A DNA stretch of 64,000 bases from Octopus sinensis (lineage: Eukaryota), in NCBI RefSeq assembly GCF_006345805.1, contig NC_043008.1, positions 45,570,001-45,634,000 on the forward strand, read 5' to 3'. Numbering within the stretch: the stretch's first letter is position 1; each line of letters starts with the position of its first letter. The position numbers and the translations under genes were made by a program. The notes beneath the pieces were generated by a model. It did no database searches, was not told the origin of the DNA, and saw nothing but the letters and a program-made list of their open reading frames with translations. Positions 37,110 through 50,435 of the stretch are shown here, one piece after another.

Positions 37110-39098
37110 TTAACCAGGTTAATTCTTTTTTTTTTGAGCCATGCGGAACCTAACGAAAGAGATCCAGAAGAGCATCTTGGCTATCACACGGAACCAAACC
37201 CTGCCGCTTCCTCAGTGCAAAAACCTATCCTCCTCAATATCATTAACCCATAAATCTCTTCCGGGGCCTCCAAAAACGTCTAACCAGGCCACTACTCCAG
37301 TCTCAACATTCTTACTCAATGTACAAGGCATCTGCACCCCCTTCCATGCAAAAAGATGGAAGGTTCTAATTCACCGAGGACTAGGTTACCGACCATACTT
37401 ATTACATTCCCTTCTTCATCCTTACTGAAATCCACCTTGACAACTCCCACTTGGAAGCTGAAATAAAAGTAAGGAATTTCACCAAAATTCGAGCAGACCG
37501 CATCGGTAGAAGAAAGCTGGCAGTCACCATTTTCCTGCATGGCTAATTTACTGCAGAAACAAATGTCTCATTTTCAAATGGCCATTGTGAATCAGTATCT
37601 GTCTACAACAAAGCGAATGATTTAGCAATAATTGGGCTCTTCAGACCAACTCATGCTATTGTGCTTCAAGGACTGCCTCACAAATATCAAGTGTTTCATC
37701 CAACAATATCATCCTGATAATGGTGGGTGACTTCAATTTCCCCTGTGTTAACTGGTCTACTCATACCCTGAAAACTGGTGCGTGCATTTCCACTTCAGAC
37801 AAAGCCGCAGTGGAATCGCTATTTCAATTTATGGATGAAATTTACCTGTCCCAACTCGTGCTCGTGCCAACAAGATTCAACAAGAACATTCTGGACTTAG
37901 TGCTAAGCAACCACACAAACAATATCCACGATATTACAGTGGAAAAAAAACTCTTCTTTCCGACCACGATATAGTTCTCTGTCGCCTAAGATTTTGGCAG
38001 CCAATTGCGTATCCGAGTGATCTCAATCCCTCACAGCCCTTCGATCGCATGGGTCTTCACAATGCTAACTGGCCTGCCTCAACCATAAGCTCTCACTCAT
38101 TGACTGCTCTTTCGCAGACTCTTTCACTCCAAGAAGCATTGATTTATCATGGCAGCTATTTATGGACATTGTCATAAACATATGTCTACACAACACACCT
38201 CCACAATCCATGAACAAAATAAAATACGGACTAACACGTCTCAGGAAATCACTCATACGAAAGATAAAGAGAACGAATCAAAAAATCAACCGTCTAAAAT
38301 ATTGCCAGCTTCAATACTGCCACATGGCGGATATAGACTAGCTAGAATCAAGGAAACACCATCTCCAAAACTGTTTGAAAAATGTTATTGACGATCAAAG
38401 AAAAGCAGAGGAGAAATGGGCCATTGATAAAATTAAAGCCAACCCGAAAGCTAAAAAGCACAAGGTTGTAGTCTCATCCAATGGACTTCTCATTGATGAA
38501 AACAGCGCACTGCAAAGTGGCAAAGAGGACATGGTGAAGATTCTGCAGAAGCAATACTGCTCCGCTTTTAGCAATCCAGATTTTATTAATCTGAATAGCA
38601 TTGACGAATCAAAACCTGAGCACACCCTGTGTGATATATCATTTGGTGTCCCAGATATCATAACAGCTATAATTACAAACAACTCAGCTGCAGGTCCTGA
38701 CAGATTCCCCGCTAAAGTCCTGAACGAATGCTGTCACCACCTCACATTCCCCTTAGCCATTCTCTGGAGGAAATCACTAGACGCTGGCTACATTTCTGAT
38801 GGTTTCCTTTCTCAGTCGATCGTCCCAGTTTCCAAAAAGCTGCAAGTCCCAGATAGCGAATTACCGACCTATCTCCCTTACTTCTCATTTCATCAAACTA
38901 TTTGAGAGAGTGGTGCGATCCAGAGTGACTCACTTCCTGGAAAGCAACAACCTGCTGGTTCCCAACCAGCATGGTCTCCGCAATGGCAAGGGCTGCCTTA
39001 CACAGCTCCTGCATCATTTTGACGATATCCTAAAGGCCTTGGATGAGGGATCCAATGCTGATGTCATATATCTTGACTTCATCAAGGCCTTTGATAAA
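37110..39098 (+). mobile_element. CR1-clade LINE, lineage A relative: APE plus 5' half of RT, degraded, 3'-truncated
   Basis: [55 protein letters not shown] and YLDFIKAFD. Confidence 0.92.
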
Positions 39099-39603
39099 TA
39101 TCTAAGTATCTATTTATATACGGGTGCATGTGTACTGGCAAGTAGCCATGAAGAAGTATGCTAATTAGCAGGCTGGATGCCCACGTATACCATAGAATAT
39201 AAGGATATCATGCTGAGATATTTGAAAGCTGATAACTATTGATGTATATCTCATTCTTTTATAGAGACACAAACATTTCATTTCTAATGTAATATACATT
39301 TAACTTCTCTGTACTATCCGCAAATACCAAATTTGACCAAAACACTAGAGTCGATACCGTGACAGAGCCTATATTTTCGTCTACAGATCTGAAAGGTACT
39401 TCTTAGAAAAATGCAATCACTGATTTGATACTAATTACACTTAAGGTTTCCGTAATATAACAGATATTTTATTATTCATTCTTGACGAAATACGTGTAAG
39501 ACAATGAAAATAATTATGTATGAACAAGCATTTTTGCTATGCACTTTACACACACGCACACACGCACACACACGCACAAATTTTTATATATTAACATATT
39601 CTT

Positions 39604-40088
39604 TTATTTCTTTACTTGTTTCAGTCATTTGACTGCGGCCATGCTGGAACACCACCTTGAATGGATTTTAGTCGATCAAATCAACCCCAGGACTTATTTC
39701 TGAAACCTAGTACTTATTGTCGGCTCCTTATACTGAACCGCTAAGTTACGAGGATGTAAACACACCAACACAAGTTGTCAATAGCTGATAGGGGTGACAA
39801 ACGCAGACACAATGACACACACACGTAGATATATACAAATCTCGTCCAGATGGGGTACCTATACACCAACGAAACTCAGGAAACCGGCTCTAATGAGCCA
39901 GGTATGGCTCGAGAAGGAACAAAAAACAACAGCAAACAAGAATATTAGACGGGCTTCTTTCAGTTTCCGTCCACCAAATCCACTCACACGGCTTTGGTTT
40001 GCCCGAGACCATAGTTGAAAGCAGCGGACTGAACCCGAACCATGTGTTTGGGAAGCAAGCTTCTTACCGCACGGCCACGCCTGCGCAT
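39604..40088 (-). mobile_element. tRNA-derived SINE family S2 with a CR1-like 3' tail (plus-strand copy at 55838-56165)
   Basis: Head GCGCAGGCGTGGCCGTGCGGTAAGAAGC..GGTTCGGGTTCAGTCC. 3' end GGTGGTGTTCCAGCATGGCCGCAGTCAAATGACTGAAACAAGTAAA. An unrelated ~100-bp insert lies at ~39840-39945. Confidence 0.8.
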
Positions 40089-40091
40089 ATA

Positions 40092-41158
40092 TATCAGTTA
40101 AATAAAGTTACGACATGGTCTGGTTTTAACGTTGTTTATTATTGCATCAATTTTTTTTACAACATTGAAGTGTATTAAACATTAAATAAATATTCTTTAA
40201 GTTCAATCAGCGTTTTCATACGTTCGTAGTAATCATCCGATTTCAAAAAGAATTTGACAGTTGAATTCTTGACAAATGTAGAATGACTGACTATTTCCCT
40301 TTTTTAGAAAGCTCCATCAAACTGCAATTTTCGAATAGAGTTTTGACTTGATGCTCTAATTAAATACCATAATTGCGAGGAACTATATATTGCTGAAACT
40401 GGGAATACATTATCGGAACGCTCAAGAGTCCACAGACAGCAAATCCGGAACACAAATGTTTGCCAAATTCCTTTGAGCGAACCAAGAAACATGTGGTCAG
40501 AAAATGTTTCCAAATTTTCCATTGCACAAACTACATGACAGAAGTGAGTTTGAAAGAGAAAAAAGAAAAACGTTTTATGAAGATGTTCAGACCAGCTCTG
40601 GAGTGGAAATAACAGCAGCCATGAATATAAACAAATTGCAGAAGACTCCACCTATTGAAAGAAAAACGGTTTATTAAGATGTTCAGACCAGCTCTGGAAT
40701 GGAAATAACACCAGCCATGAATATAAACAAATTGCAGAAGACTCCACCTATTGAAATAAAAACGATCGAAACCAACTAAGTTTGTTCACTCATAGAAACC
40801 ATTAAGCTAATTAGTTAAAATAAAGGCGGGATCAATGCCAGTAATATTGGTGCACCCGGCAAAATATGCTGATTGGTCAAAGCCTTACCCGAAAAATTCA
40901 CCTTGCTGGAGTTTTCTAAAATGTATAAAAAACAAAGAGGTCAGTTATTTTACTACCGTTGTCAAGAAATCAACTGTCAGTTAAGTACATTTTGAAATCG
41001 GATGATTACTACGAACGTATGAAAGCGACAATTGAACTTGACGAACATTACAAATTTTTTTTTTAATGTTTAACACACTTGAACATTGTAATGTTTTAAA
41101 AATACAATAATAAAAAAAAATTAAAACCGGACCATGTTGAAACTTTATTCAACTGATA
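40092..41158 (+). mobile_element. Penelope-like element remnant: GIY-YIG C-terminus flanked by ~240-bp inverted terminal repeats
   Basis: NCEELYIAETGNTLSERSRVHRQQIR (~40365-40450) and KEKRFMKMFRPAL (~40562-40600). Arms ~40092-40325 and ~40900-41158 are reverse complements. A 96-bp tandem duplication lies at 40565-40764. Confidence 0.75.
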
Positions 41159-42074
41159 TATTATTCTATACATATTTACACAAATTCGGAAAAACACACA
41201 CACACATATACATAATTAGGTTTGTTTGTGTATGCATTATTGATATTTTTATAGATACTTACACACAACTATTTATATAGAGATAGATAGATAGATAGAA
41301 AGGAAAAGCGAGTGGGAGAGAGACAAACATATTTAATTCTATATTTAATGGTTTTTTTATACACATTGTGCTTGTTTTTTATTTTTTCTATTACACCTGT
41401 ATATATGTTTTTTCATATATGTAAGTGAATATTTTTCCTTAAAAGAAATGAGTTCATACAACCTGAAATTCCAAGGAAAAAACTTGGACGCACAATAAAA
41501 TATATTAAATCAAAGAAAGCTATTCGGGGTAATACTTATATTTCTTCTTTATGAGCATTTCAGCAATAGTTGGTTGATATATTTTTATGAATATTCTTAA
41601 GAATAAATATATAGATTACAGCCTATTTCACCTGATCAATGTACATCTTATCACACAAGTTTAAGCAAACTTTCCTAGTTATATTAAAAAAAACAACATA
41701 CAATTAGTTTTTCCTTGTGAATAATATTATCGAACGTGATTCAGGGAAGGGAAGGCAGTTACGGGCCAGTAAGCTGTGTTGGTTTCAGGTGCATATGAAT
41801 TAGGGGAGAGAAGGGTGGTAAGATCGGACTGGAAGAGTCAGAAAACCCGTAGGATTTTCCAGTGAAAGGGTAGGTTAGAGGGGTACAAAAGCAGGGGAAA
41901 AGGGATGCGTTTAGGATTCGGGTGAGGATAAGGAAAGAGGGAAGAGATATGGTCAGTTTGGCGGACACGTGTTGGAGCGGCATGAACAAGGATAGAAGAA
42001 TAACCACAACAAGTGGAAAGAAGGGCCAAGTATTGAGACTGAATTGGTCGCGGTTACAAAAATCCCAGGGATTC

Positions 42075-42420
42075 TGTGGCTCCTGTGAACTCCTGGTATT
42101 GTCTGCATAGTTTGTAAGGGTAGCAGCTTATGTGGTTGAGGATATACCTCAGAGATCCACCATGGACAAAGGTGACTCCAAAACAGTGCCCTGCAGGACA
42201 CCACCCATTATTTGTGTCTCTTTAGACCTGGCCCTATTGACCACTACTGCCTGCCTTTTATTTTTTAGAAAACCACGCAGCCGCACTCATGGAATTCCGA
42301 CTATGCGAGATCAAGCAGTTGTAATATATCATTCTTTGAGTGAATTTATCGAAGGAGTGGGCAAAGTCGAGATAAGTCACTTTCGCGTTTGGGTGGTTGT
42401 GTAACTGTTTCGACACCCAG
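42075..42420 (-). mobile_element. Degraded CR1 RT fragment
   Basis: Minus-strand NAKVTYLDFAHSFDKF and [12 protein letters not shown]. Confidence 0.7.
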
Positions 42421-43297
42421 ATTTAATGTTGTATGAGCCATTTCAGACAGCTTGTTTCTGGGTTGTAAGATATTCCCTTCATGGAGTATGATTAGTTTAT
42501 TTTTTTTATTCTGACTAAATATGACATGGCTTACCTGACACAAACTAACAGAGACGGGGCAGCTAATGTTGTTAGCTTCAATATGCATAGTCTTTCTTAC
42601 ATCAACAGGGCTCGAAAATTGCCCGATGGAAGAGAAATAAATAAATAAAAAGAAATTTAAAAAAAAATTAAATTAAAAAAAAAATTTCATTTCAGTTCAT
42701 TTTAAAAAATATTTTGTATTTTTTCATTTATATATTTATTTATTTTTTGTATGTAAGCATATGGATATAAAAATAAGTAGAACAACATAGAGACGGGTAG
42801 GTAGATAGGTTATATGAACAGACAAGCACACATGCGCAAATGGAGACTGAAACACATGACCATATATACACACACAAGGACACATATGGAGACACGGATC
42901 CACACATATAGAGATGCATATCCATACATACAAACATGATACATAGTTGCATAACATACACATAGATATGCACTCACAAGGAGACAGAGGTGCATACATA
43001 TACAAACACACGCCTACACACACACATACATAGAAAATACGCAAGCACATGAATATGCAGGATACATACATACAAACAAACAAAAACGAACGAAGTGTAA
43101 ATACAAGACTATTGAAAAGGTTGCAAGACGCAACGAAAATTTTAGGAAAATAAAAATAAGAAATAAGTGGACATTTTACCGGTGAGTGTGTTAAATTATA
43201 AGGCACAAAAAGAAAATGACTCTCCCCAGACGCAACAGAATATGCTTCAACACACTAACTCAAATAAAGAATCTTGCAAACCAAATCTCAAAACGAA

Positions 43298-43361
43298 GTA
43301 TATATATATATATATATATACATACACATATATATATACATATATATATACATATACATGT

Positions 43362-43426
<65 letters not shown>

Positions 43427-43430
43427 TACA

Positions 43431-43461
<31 letters not shown>

Positions 43462-43627
43462 GTACATATATACACATAAATATATATATATATATATGCG
43501 TACATATATATATATATACATAAATATATATATATGCGTACATATATATACATAAATATATATATATATATATACGTACATATATATACATAGATATATA
43601 TATATACATATATATATATATACATAC

Positions 43628-43658
<31 letters not shown>

Positions 43659-43707
43659 CATACATATATATATACATACATATATATATACATACATATA
43701 TATATAT

Positions 43708-43739
<32 letters not shown>

Positions 43740-43740
43740 T
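43298..43740. repeat. (TA)n/(TACA)n microsatellite
   Basis: Directly visible. Confidence 0.98.
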
Positions 43741-45292
43741 ACTCTTTTACTCTTTTACTTGTTTCAGCCATCCGGCTGAGGCCATGCTGGGGCACCGCCC
43801 TTGTTGCTACCCTCTCTAAGTCCAGTTTGCCGTGGCTGGCCACTGATCTAAGAGAGAGTTTGTAGCTGCTGCCCTTAGGTTACCTTCGTACCTTGCAGTG
43901 GGTTCATCTGGGATCCCGGAAAGCAGCTTGTCTAGATGTTTTTTGAAAATGTCCACATCCGCATCATGTAGATCTCTTAGTTTTCTTGGCAGTTTGTTGA
44001 ACAGCTGAGGGCCCCTGAACCCCAGGCTATTACAGTATCTGCTCCTTACCCTGGATGTGGAAGACGGGACCTTTGGCACCACACAGTGACGACCTGTACG
44101 GGGATTGGAACAGCTCTCAATTCCAAAATTTGGTGCTAGTCCCTCCAGGATTTTCCATATGTATATCACTGCATATCTCTCTCGTCTTCGTTCCAAGGAG
44201 TACAAATTGAGTTCCCTAAGCCTCTCCCAATAGTTCTTTTCTTTCATGGTGGAAATCCTCTTGGTGAAATGTCTTTGGATTGTCTCAAGCTCTGTGGTTA
44301 GTTTGACACTATGCGGTGACCACAGTTGGGAGCAGTAGTCTAGGCGGCTTAGGACAAATGTCCTCCATAGTGTCAACATGGTCTCGCAGTCTCTTGTCCG
44401 GAATGTCCTCAGGATCCAGCCAGTGAGTCGTCTGCACATTGTCGCCACCTTCGCGATGTGTGAAGAAAAAGATGCATCGTCACTCATGTCTATCCCCAGG
44501 TCCCGTATTGATTTCGATACTGGGATTTCGATCCCTCCTGGACCAGTATAGTTGTGTTGTAATGTATATGTGTTTACAGCTTGATATTGTAAGGCTTGAA
44601 ATTTACCAGCATTAAATTGCATGTTGTTTTCTTCAGCCCATTTGTATATGGCATCCAGATCTTGTTGTAAAAGGTCAGCATCAGCTGGGTTTTTAATTGC
44701 CTGTGCTACCTTTGTGTCATCAGCATAGCTAGTGAGGGATGTTGTTTGTGCTACCAAGGGCATGTCAGAGAGCGCCACCAAAAACAGCAAGGGTCCCAAG
44801 ACTGTGCCCTGTGGCACCCCGCTTGCTATTGGTGTCTTTCCCGAGAGGGCTCCATTGGCTGCAACCATCTGGCTTCTGTCCTTCAGGAAGTCATGTATCC
44901 ACTCACCTACTTTTCCTGTTATGCCGAGTCTGAGTAATTTGTGACATATCACTCCGTGGTCGACTTTGTCAAAGGCCTTCGCAAAGTCGAGATATACCAC
45001 ATCCACCTGTGAGCGATCCAGTAGTTGTTTCAGTACCCAGTCGTAGTGTTGTAACAGCTGCGTAAGGCAGCTTCTTCCTGGGCGAAAGCCATGCTGTGTG
45101 TCAGTGAGACGGTTAGTTTCTTCGAGGAACATGATCAGTTTTTTTCTGATGATTCGTTCCATGACCTTACTTATGTGTGACGTCAGGGAGACTGGCCTGT
45201 AGTTTTTGGCCTCTGCTCTACTCCCTCCTTTGTGGATAGGGCATATGGTGCCTTCTTTTAGCGCCCTGGGCAGTTTACCGTTAGCCAAGGAA

Positions 45293-45294
<2 letters not shown>
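43741..45294 (-). mobile_element. CR1-clade LINE, lineage B, 5'-truncated with an uninterrupted RT reading frame to the natural stop
   Basis: About 490 codons of ORF 43816-45390 are open RT ([42 protein letters not shown]). Tail (AGTAAAAG)x2. Confidence 0.97.
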
Positions 45295-45333
<39 letters not shown>

Positions 45334-45340
45334 TATATAT

Positions 45341-45815
45341 AAACTTAGATAAACATAGATATGTTTCGACCAAAGATTGGTCCAGGCCATGTCTTACTTA
45401 ATAGCACCACCTAATAGGATTATCTAAATCCTGTTTAAGTCAAATTTTGTTTGTGGTCCATTCAAGTAGTGAGTTTTTGTTGGGTGAGTTGTATCCAATT
45501 ATGGGTGGCTTATCTGGTATTCCTTGAAGGAATCTATCCAGACTCCGCTTAAAGTTGATGGGATCCTTTTCCTCTTTGATCTCTTTCGAGACAATATTAA
45601 ATAGGGCAGGGCCTGTTGAGGAAAAGAAATTATGTTGCAGTGTACATATATGCTGTGATCCTGATTTGGGCAGGGGATGTATGGCCCGTTGTCCCAGTCT
45701 TGGATGAACCTTGAAGCTAATGTTCAGGTAATTTGGTCAAAGTTGGCGGTATATTCACCACATCGTACAAATGATGTACCGCTCACGGCGGCGCTGAAGA
45801 GAGTAGAGTTACAAG
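45341..45815 (-). mobile_element. CR1 lineage A 3' fragment, near-identical to 24406-24870
   Basis: Identical ORF start at 45677 vs 24732; same tail and tandem TATCTAAGTT. Confidence 0.92.
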
Positions 45816-48800
45816 GCTTTAAGGGATTACAAAATCCAGAGATCCACTGGTATTATAACTGATATACTGGGAGAATTTCTTCAATATATGCGTATAAGCA
45901 CTTTAATTTACATTTTATTTTAACATAAGAAAACAGAGTTAATTGTGGATGCTTATATTATTTGCATCATGTTAAGCACCATGAAACATAGCAAATATAG
46001 CAAATAAGTGAATACAAATAAAATTTAAAGGAACATATAATTTTAATTATAAAGTAAGCTTTAAGAGGCCTACACATGTTTCAATCTAGTCGATAGGTAT
46101 AACAGTACATCTCATCTGCAAGATTCGAACCATGTTACAATTTGTAGATTTTAAAAATAACCTAATTGGAGCGGATCTCTTCAGGGCTGTCTGTTGAATA
46201 TAGCTTATGGTTACATATTTTTCTGAGGAATAAGAATTATATAAAACGACAGGCAGTATGGTAAAAATATTCCAAAGGAGATTGATACGGACCATATGTT
46301 CGTATTCGCAGGCTCGTAGAACGAACTTGCATGGCTTGATGTTGCATAGGGCCAAGTCAAACTGTTAAGCAATTAAATATAAATATGTATGTGTGTGTGT
46401 GTGTTTGTGCGTGCGCATGCGTGTTCATTTCTATCTATGTTCTTATGAAAACATGTTTTTTTGGCTATTATTTCGCTCATGGGTGCTGAAGTGTTTGCAA
46501 ATCCTAACTACGGTTTACCGATCAAAAGTTAAAAATAATTGACCTGCCAGTTATAATTTCTTGCTTAATAAATTCTTTCGCATTTCAAGAGATGTGCTCC
46601 TTTCTAACTAGCTACCTTGTTTATTTTCCATACTCTGAATATTCCCTTAGGGAAATCATGATTCTGAGAGTAGCACAATGATTGTTGATTAAAAGAATGC
46701 GGTACCCAACCATGGTTCTTGTTAGAAGATATTTTACAGATTATTTAGTCAAAGGTTGGAAGATAGAAAGTTCTAAAAAGATTTCGACAACGGGAGGTGC
46801 GTTAGAGATACAAAGACATTGAATGTGCTATTTTTCTTTGTAAAATTTAAGTTTCTGCTTTTTTCTTGTTTTTCGAAGTATTTTTTACATTTAATTTTAT
46901 TGCATTTCATGTATTCAGTCTTTACAAATTGTCGATCATAGTTTGTTATTTTACTTTATATTTGCTGTAGTTTTGGTTTCAGCAAATATTTTCTTTATTC
47001 TTTGTTTCATCGTATATTTTGGTTTTACTCTTTATGTCCATACTATATTGGATTGAAATCACAGTTATGCATAAAATCATCAAAGAACTACGTTTAATTT
47101 GTTTCTCTTTAAAAGCAGTAAGGATGAAATCCGACTTAATTAGAGATGTGTGATTAGAGAGCGCTATGTTATCCAACTGCACAGAATTACTTGTATAATC
47201 CTGCTGACGCGAAAATACCTTGAAACCATAGAACACTGTAATTCTCACAGGAATAAATAGTTCAGTTCAGTTCAACATCAGAATAAACGTATGAGATAAT
47301 GTTAATGAGATAATGCACGTTGTAATTCCAGATAGAGATCGTGTCTTGCTACTGGCACTGGCGTATGCTTATAATAAGACAATACAGTCTTGTTGTACCA
47401 CCTAGTTTTAATTATATAATCTTATACCTATAATAGAGCTCACTAGCTAATGAGCATGTAAGAACACAGCATTAATGAGGGATTCTTCTTGAAAGAATGA
47501 GATTGTTTGCGGGTAACTCTGATAGGTGTATCTCAGAATATTTCAGCTATTCCCACTGGAACACTTCATTCATATCTACACGTTAAGGAAACTATCACAC
47601 ACTATACAATGAAGCTAGCAGTTTTCTTAATCAATTACTGCAACTCAGTGGATGTTGTGAGTCACGTGTGTAGGCCACGAGTATATTTTAGTTGGACTCT
47701 GTAAGCTTAAAATTCAAATCTTGGTGTGTTTCACGCGGTTTATAAAATAAAAACATGTTAAGTACTAGGTACAGTACGATTGACTATTTTCCCTCAAAAG
47801 GTGTGGCCGCGAGAATAGCACTTTGATTAAAACAAGAAAAACGTTCGGGTACTAAATATGCAAAACAGACAGGGAAAAAAAAAATGGACAGAATATTTCA
47901 AATCCCAAAAGACTCTCTGTTGAGATTCGTAACGACAAGCAAAATCCCACTGGATTTGATTAGTCAATACTCATCAAATATTGCAGTATGCTGAATTGTT
48001 AACGAATCGAATCCGACAGTGACTTTCTTCTTTATTTAGCTGTTGCTATAAAGCAATCAGCCTAGTAGTAAGATTACTGTAAGTTACATTTTTCTCCTAT
48101 TCTTTGTATAGGAAAACATTTTTCTTTTTATACAGAGCCGTAATAAGATAAATAGATGAAATACGTCCATTCAATTTATCGAAGGCTGAAACGAAGTTCG
48201 TACATACATGGAATTGACGGTTGAGTTGTGAAGTAGAACGAAATTATAAAAGAAAATATCGACATAAATTGATACATTGCTTGATAAACAAATGCCAATG
48301 AAACGGTTTCCGAGTGTCATTATTGACTGCATTGGTTGGGAAAAAAACTCGATAAAGTCACGTTCATACAAGTAAAATTGCTTCGACTAGGAATCGAAAT
48401 TCCGCGGAAGAATATATAGTACTTGGTGCAAATTCCTATTTTGATATTTGTAACATTCGAAGTTGTTGATTAGCGCGCTAACGAATGAGGCATTATATGG
48501 GTTGCTCTTCTAACAAGAACTAATCGCTATATCGTTTTCCGTTCATCCTAAAGAAAGATAGGTGATCTGGTAACAGCATTTATACCAGATTTGCTCAGTC
48601 GAATTAGATCTGCGGTAAAGAGCAAGAAGCAGTTTTCATCACACTTTCCTACAGAGTCCACTTCCTCATATAGTGCTCTTCTGATCATCACCTCTAACTT
48701 CATTGAGCAAGATTAACTGAAAGTATGAAAGGTAAAAGTCTTTTTGTACATTTACATTTATAACTTAAAATGAATGTTGAGTATAAGTAATCAAAGGTCA

Positions 48801-48899
48801 TGAAATAAAAAGACGAGTCACGATATTAAAGTAGGAGAGAATTGCATGTGGAAGGTTTTATTATAATGATGATATGTTGTGAGGAAAGCATCCGAAGGT

Positions 48900-49510
48900 T
48901 ACGTTGAAGGAGTTGGTCCTCAAATCAACACATACAGAAATATAGAAAGCTGTTGCGACAATTTGCTAGAGACGAACATATGCATAGCAAGCTTAGAATC
49001 GCATCTTATACCTGATATATACGGACGCAGAAATACACATACTGCAGTATGTTGTATTACGAACAAACAAAAGAAAAGAGCCACAGTGGAATTACAGTAT
49101 ACATCTGTGAAGACCTCACACCCAAGGTGACACAACTAAGACAAATCGATATTGTTGTATGTACTAACACGCCACAAACAAGTTCAAGTGGAGTCCCAGC
49201 TCAAACTTGTCAATGGAGCAAATTGGGCTCTGGTCAGTCAGGGTAAATAGTATACTAGGCATCTACTTCACAAATTATTGATATTATCCAAAATGAGAAA
49301 GCGTCACTAACACTTGTTTCGAATCGCAGTATAAAAGAGGTGGCCACTTGTGTACCAAAAACAACCACAAATATTCAGCCTATTAGAAACACATGGAATC
49401 TCACCTGACTGAATTTTCATAAAGCAAACTGGAAATAAATTCCAAAAACGATACTCAAACAAGATTGGCCTAAATATTTCTCTACACCAAACATGAACAT
49501 GAAACAAACA
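48900..49510 (+). mobile_element. Degraded CR1 endonuclease/linker fragment
   Basis: LESHLIPDI and LNFHKANWK-like peptides, the latter similar to lineage B at ~29940. Confidence 0.6.
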
Positions 49511-49836
49511 TTTCATGTCCGCAATATAGCTACAGTGTGAGTTCGATGGAAAGTGACGCCATGTGATTTATCGAATATCTCTGTGAGTCATCGATGGATG
49601 TAGGAGTATATCGGGATTAAGTTATGATATTGAAATAAAGAATTTCTTGTGACACTCTGGTAAATACATTTTCGTATCTGTCATTCAACTGTCCTGATAT
49701 TGCTGTCCTCCATCCACACAAACCCACGTCTACAATTATATAATGAATTATTTAAAAGAAATTGATGCATAGTTCACTACATCACTACACATGCATATAT
49801 ACATGTTTATGTGAGATGTATATTTATACAAATGTA

Positions 49837-49867
<31 letters not shown>

Positions 49868-50385
49868 AACTGTGTTAATTGTTTATGGGTTTGAAAGCGT
49901 CGTTTCAACTGGTCCCTGTCATATGTTTTAAGAAAGGCGATTTGATCACCATAAGACTGAAACACAATGAGAGAAGTTCGATCATAACGAGAAAGGGGAA
50001 TCTAACATATCATTGTACATAAATGCAACTTAGTGTTGGTGGTGTGGCGGTAAACGCCATAAATTATACTGCTGACAATAACTAATAATAATAACAAACT
50101 ATCACGCCAGTATGGGTTTTGTGAGTAGATAGAAGCGAAATTTACCCAAGCAGACAGCCGGGTGTCGCTACCTGCTACAAATGACATGCAAACACACGTA
50201 AACTATGAACAAGCAACGCTAGCACTGCTGCTTCTGATCGACTTCCGTGGATTTTACCATTCTTAGGGTCTTCATGAGACATATTCTCGAGACAAATATC
50301 GCAGTAATATGGCTTTCGAAGGTAGACTTATGCTAAGTCTAATATACAGAATACTATCCAAAACGATTACAGTTTCCGTCGGTTA

Positions 50386-50421
<36 letters not shown>

Positions 50422-50435
50422 CCGCACACATAGTT

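Noticed and set aside
42605-43160. CAGGGCTCGAAA as a hAT-like TIR followed by AC-rich sequence
   Set aside because: No matching opposite terminus found; the interior is cryptic low-complexity repeat.
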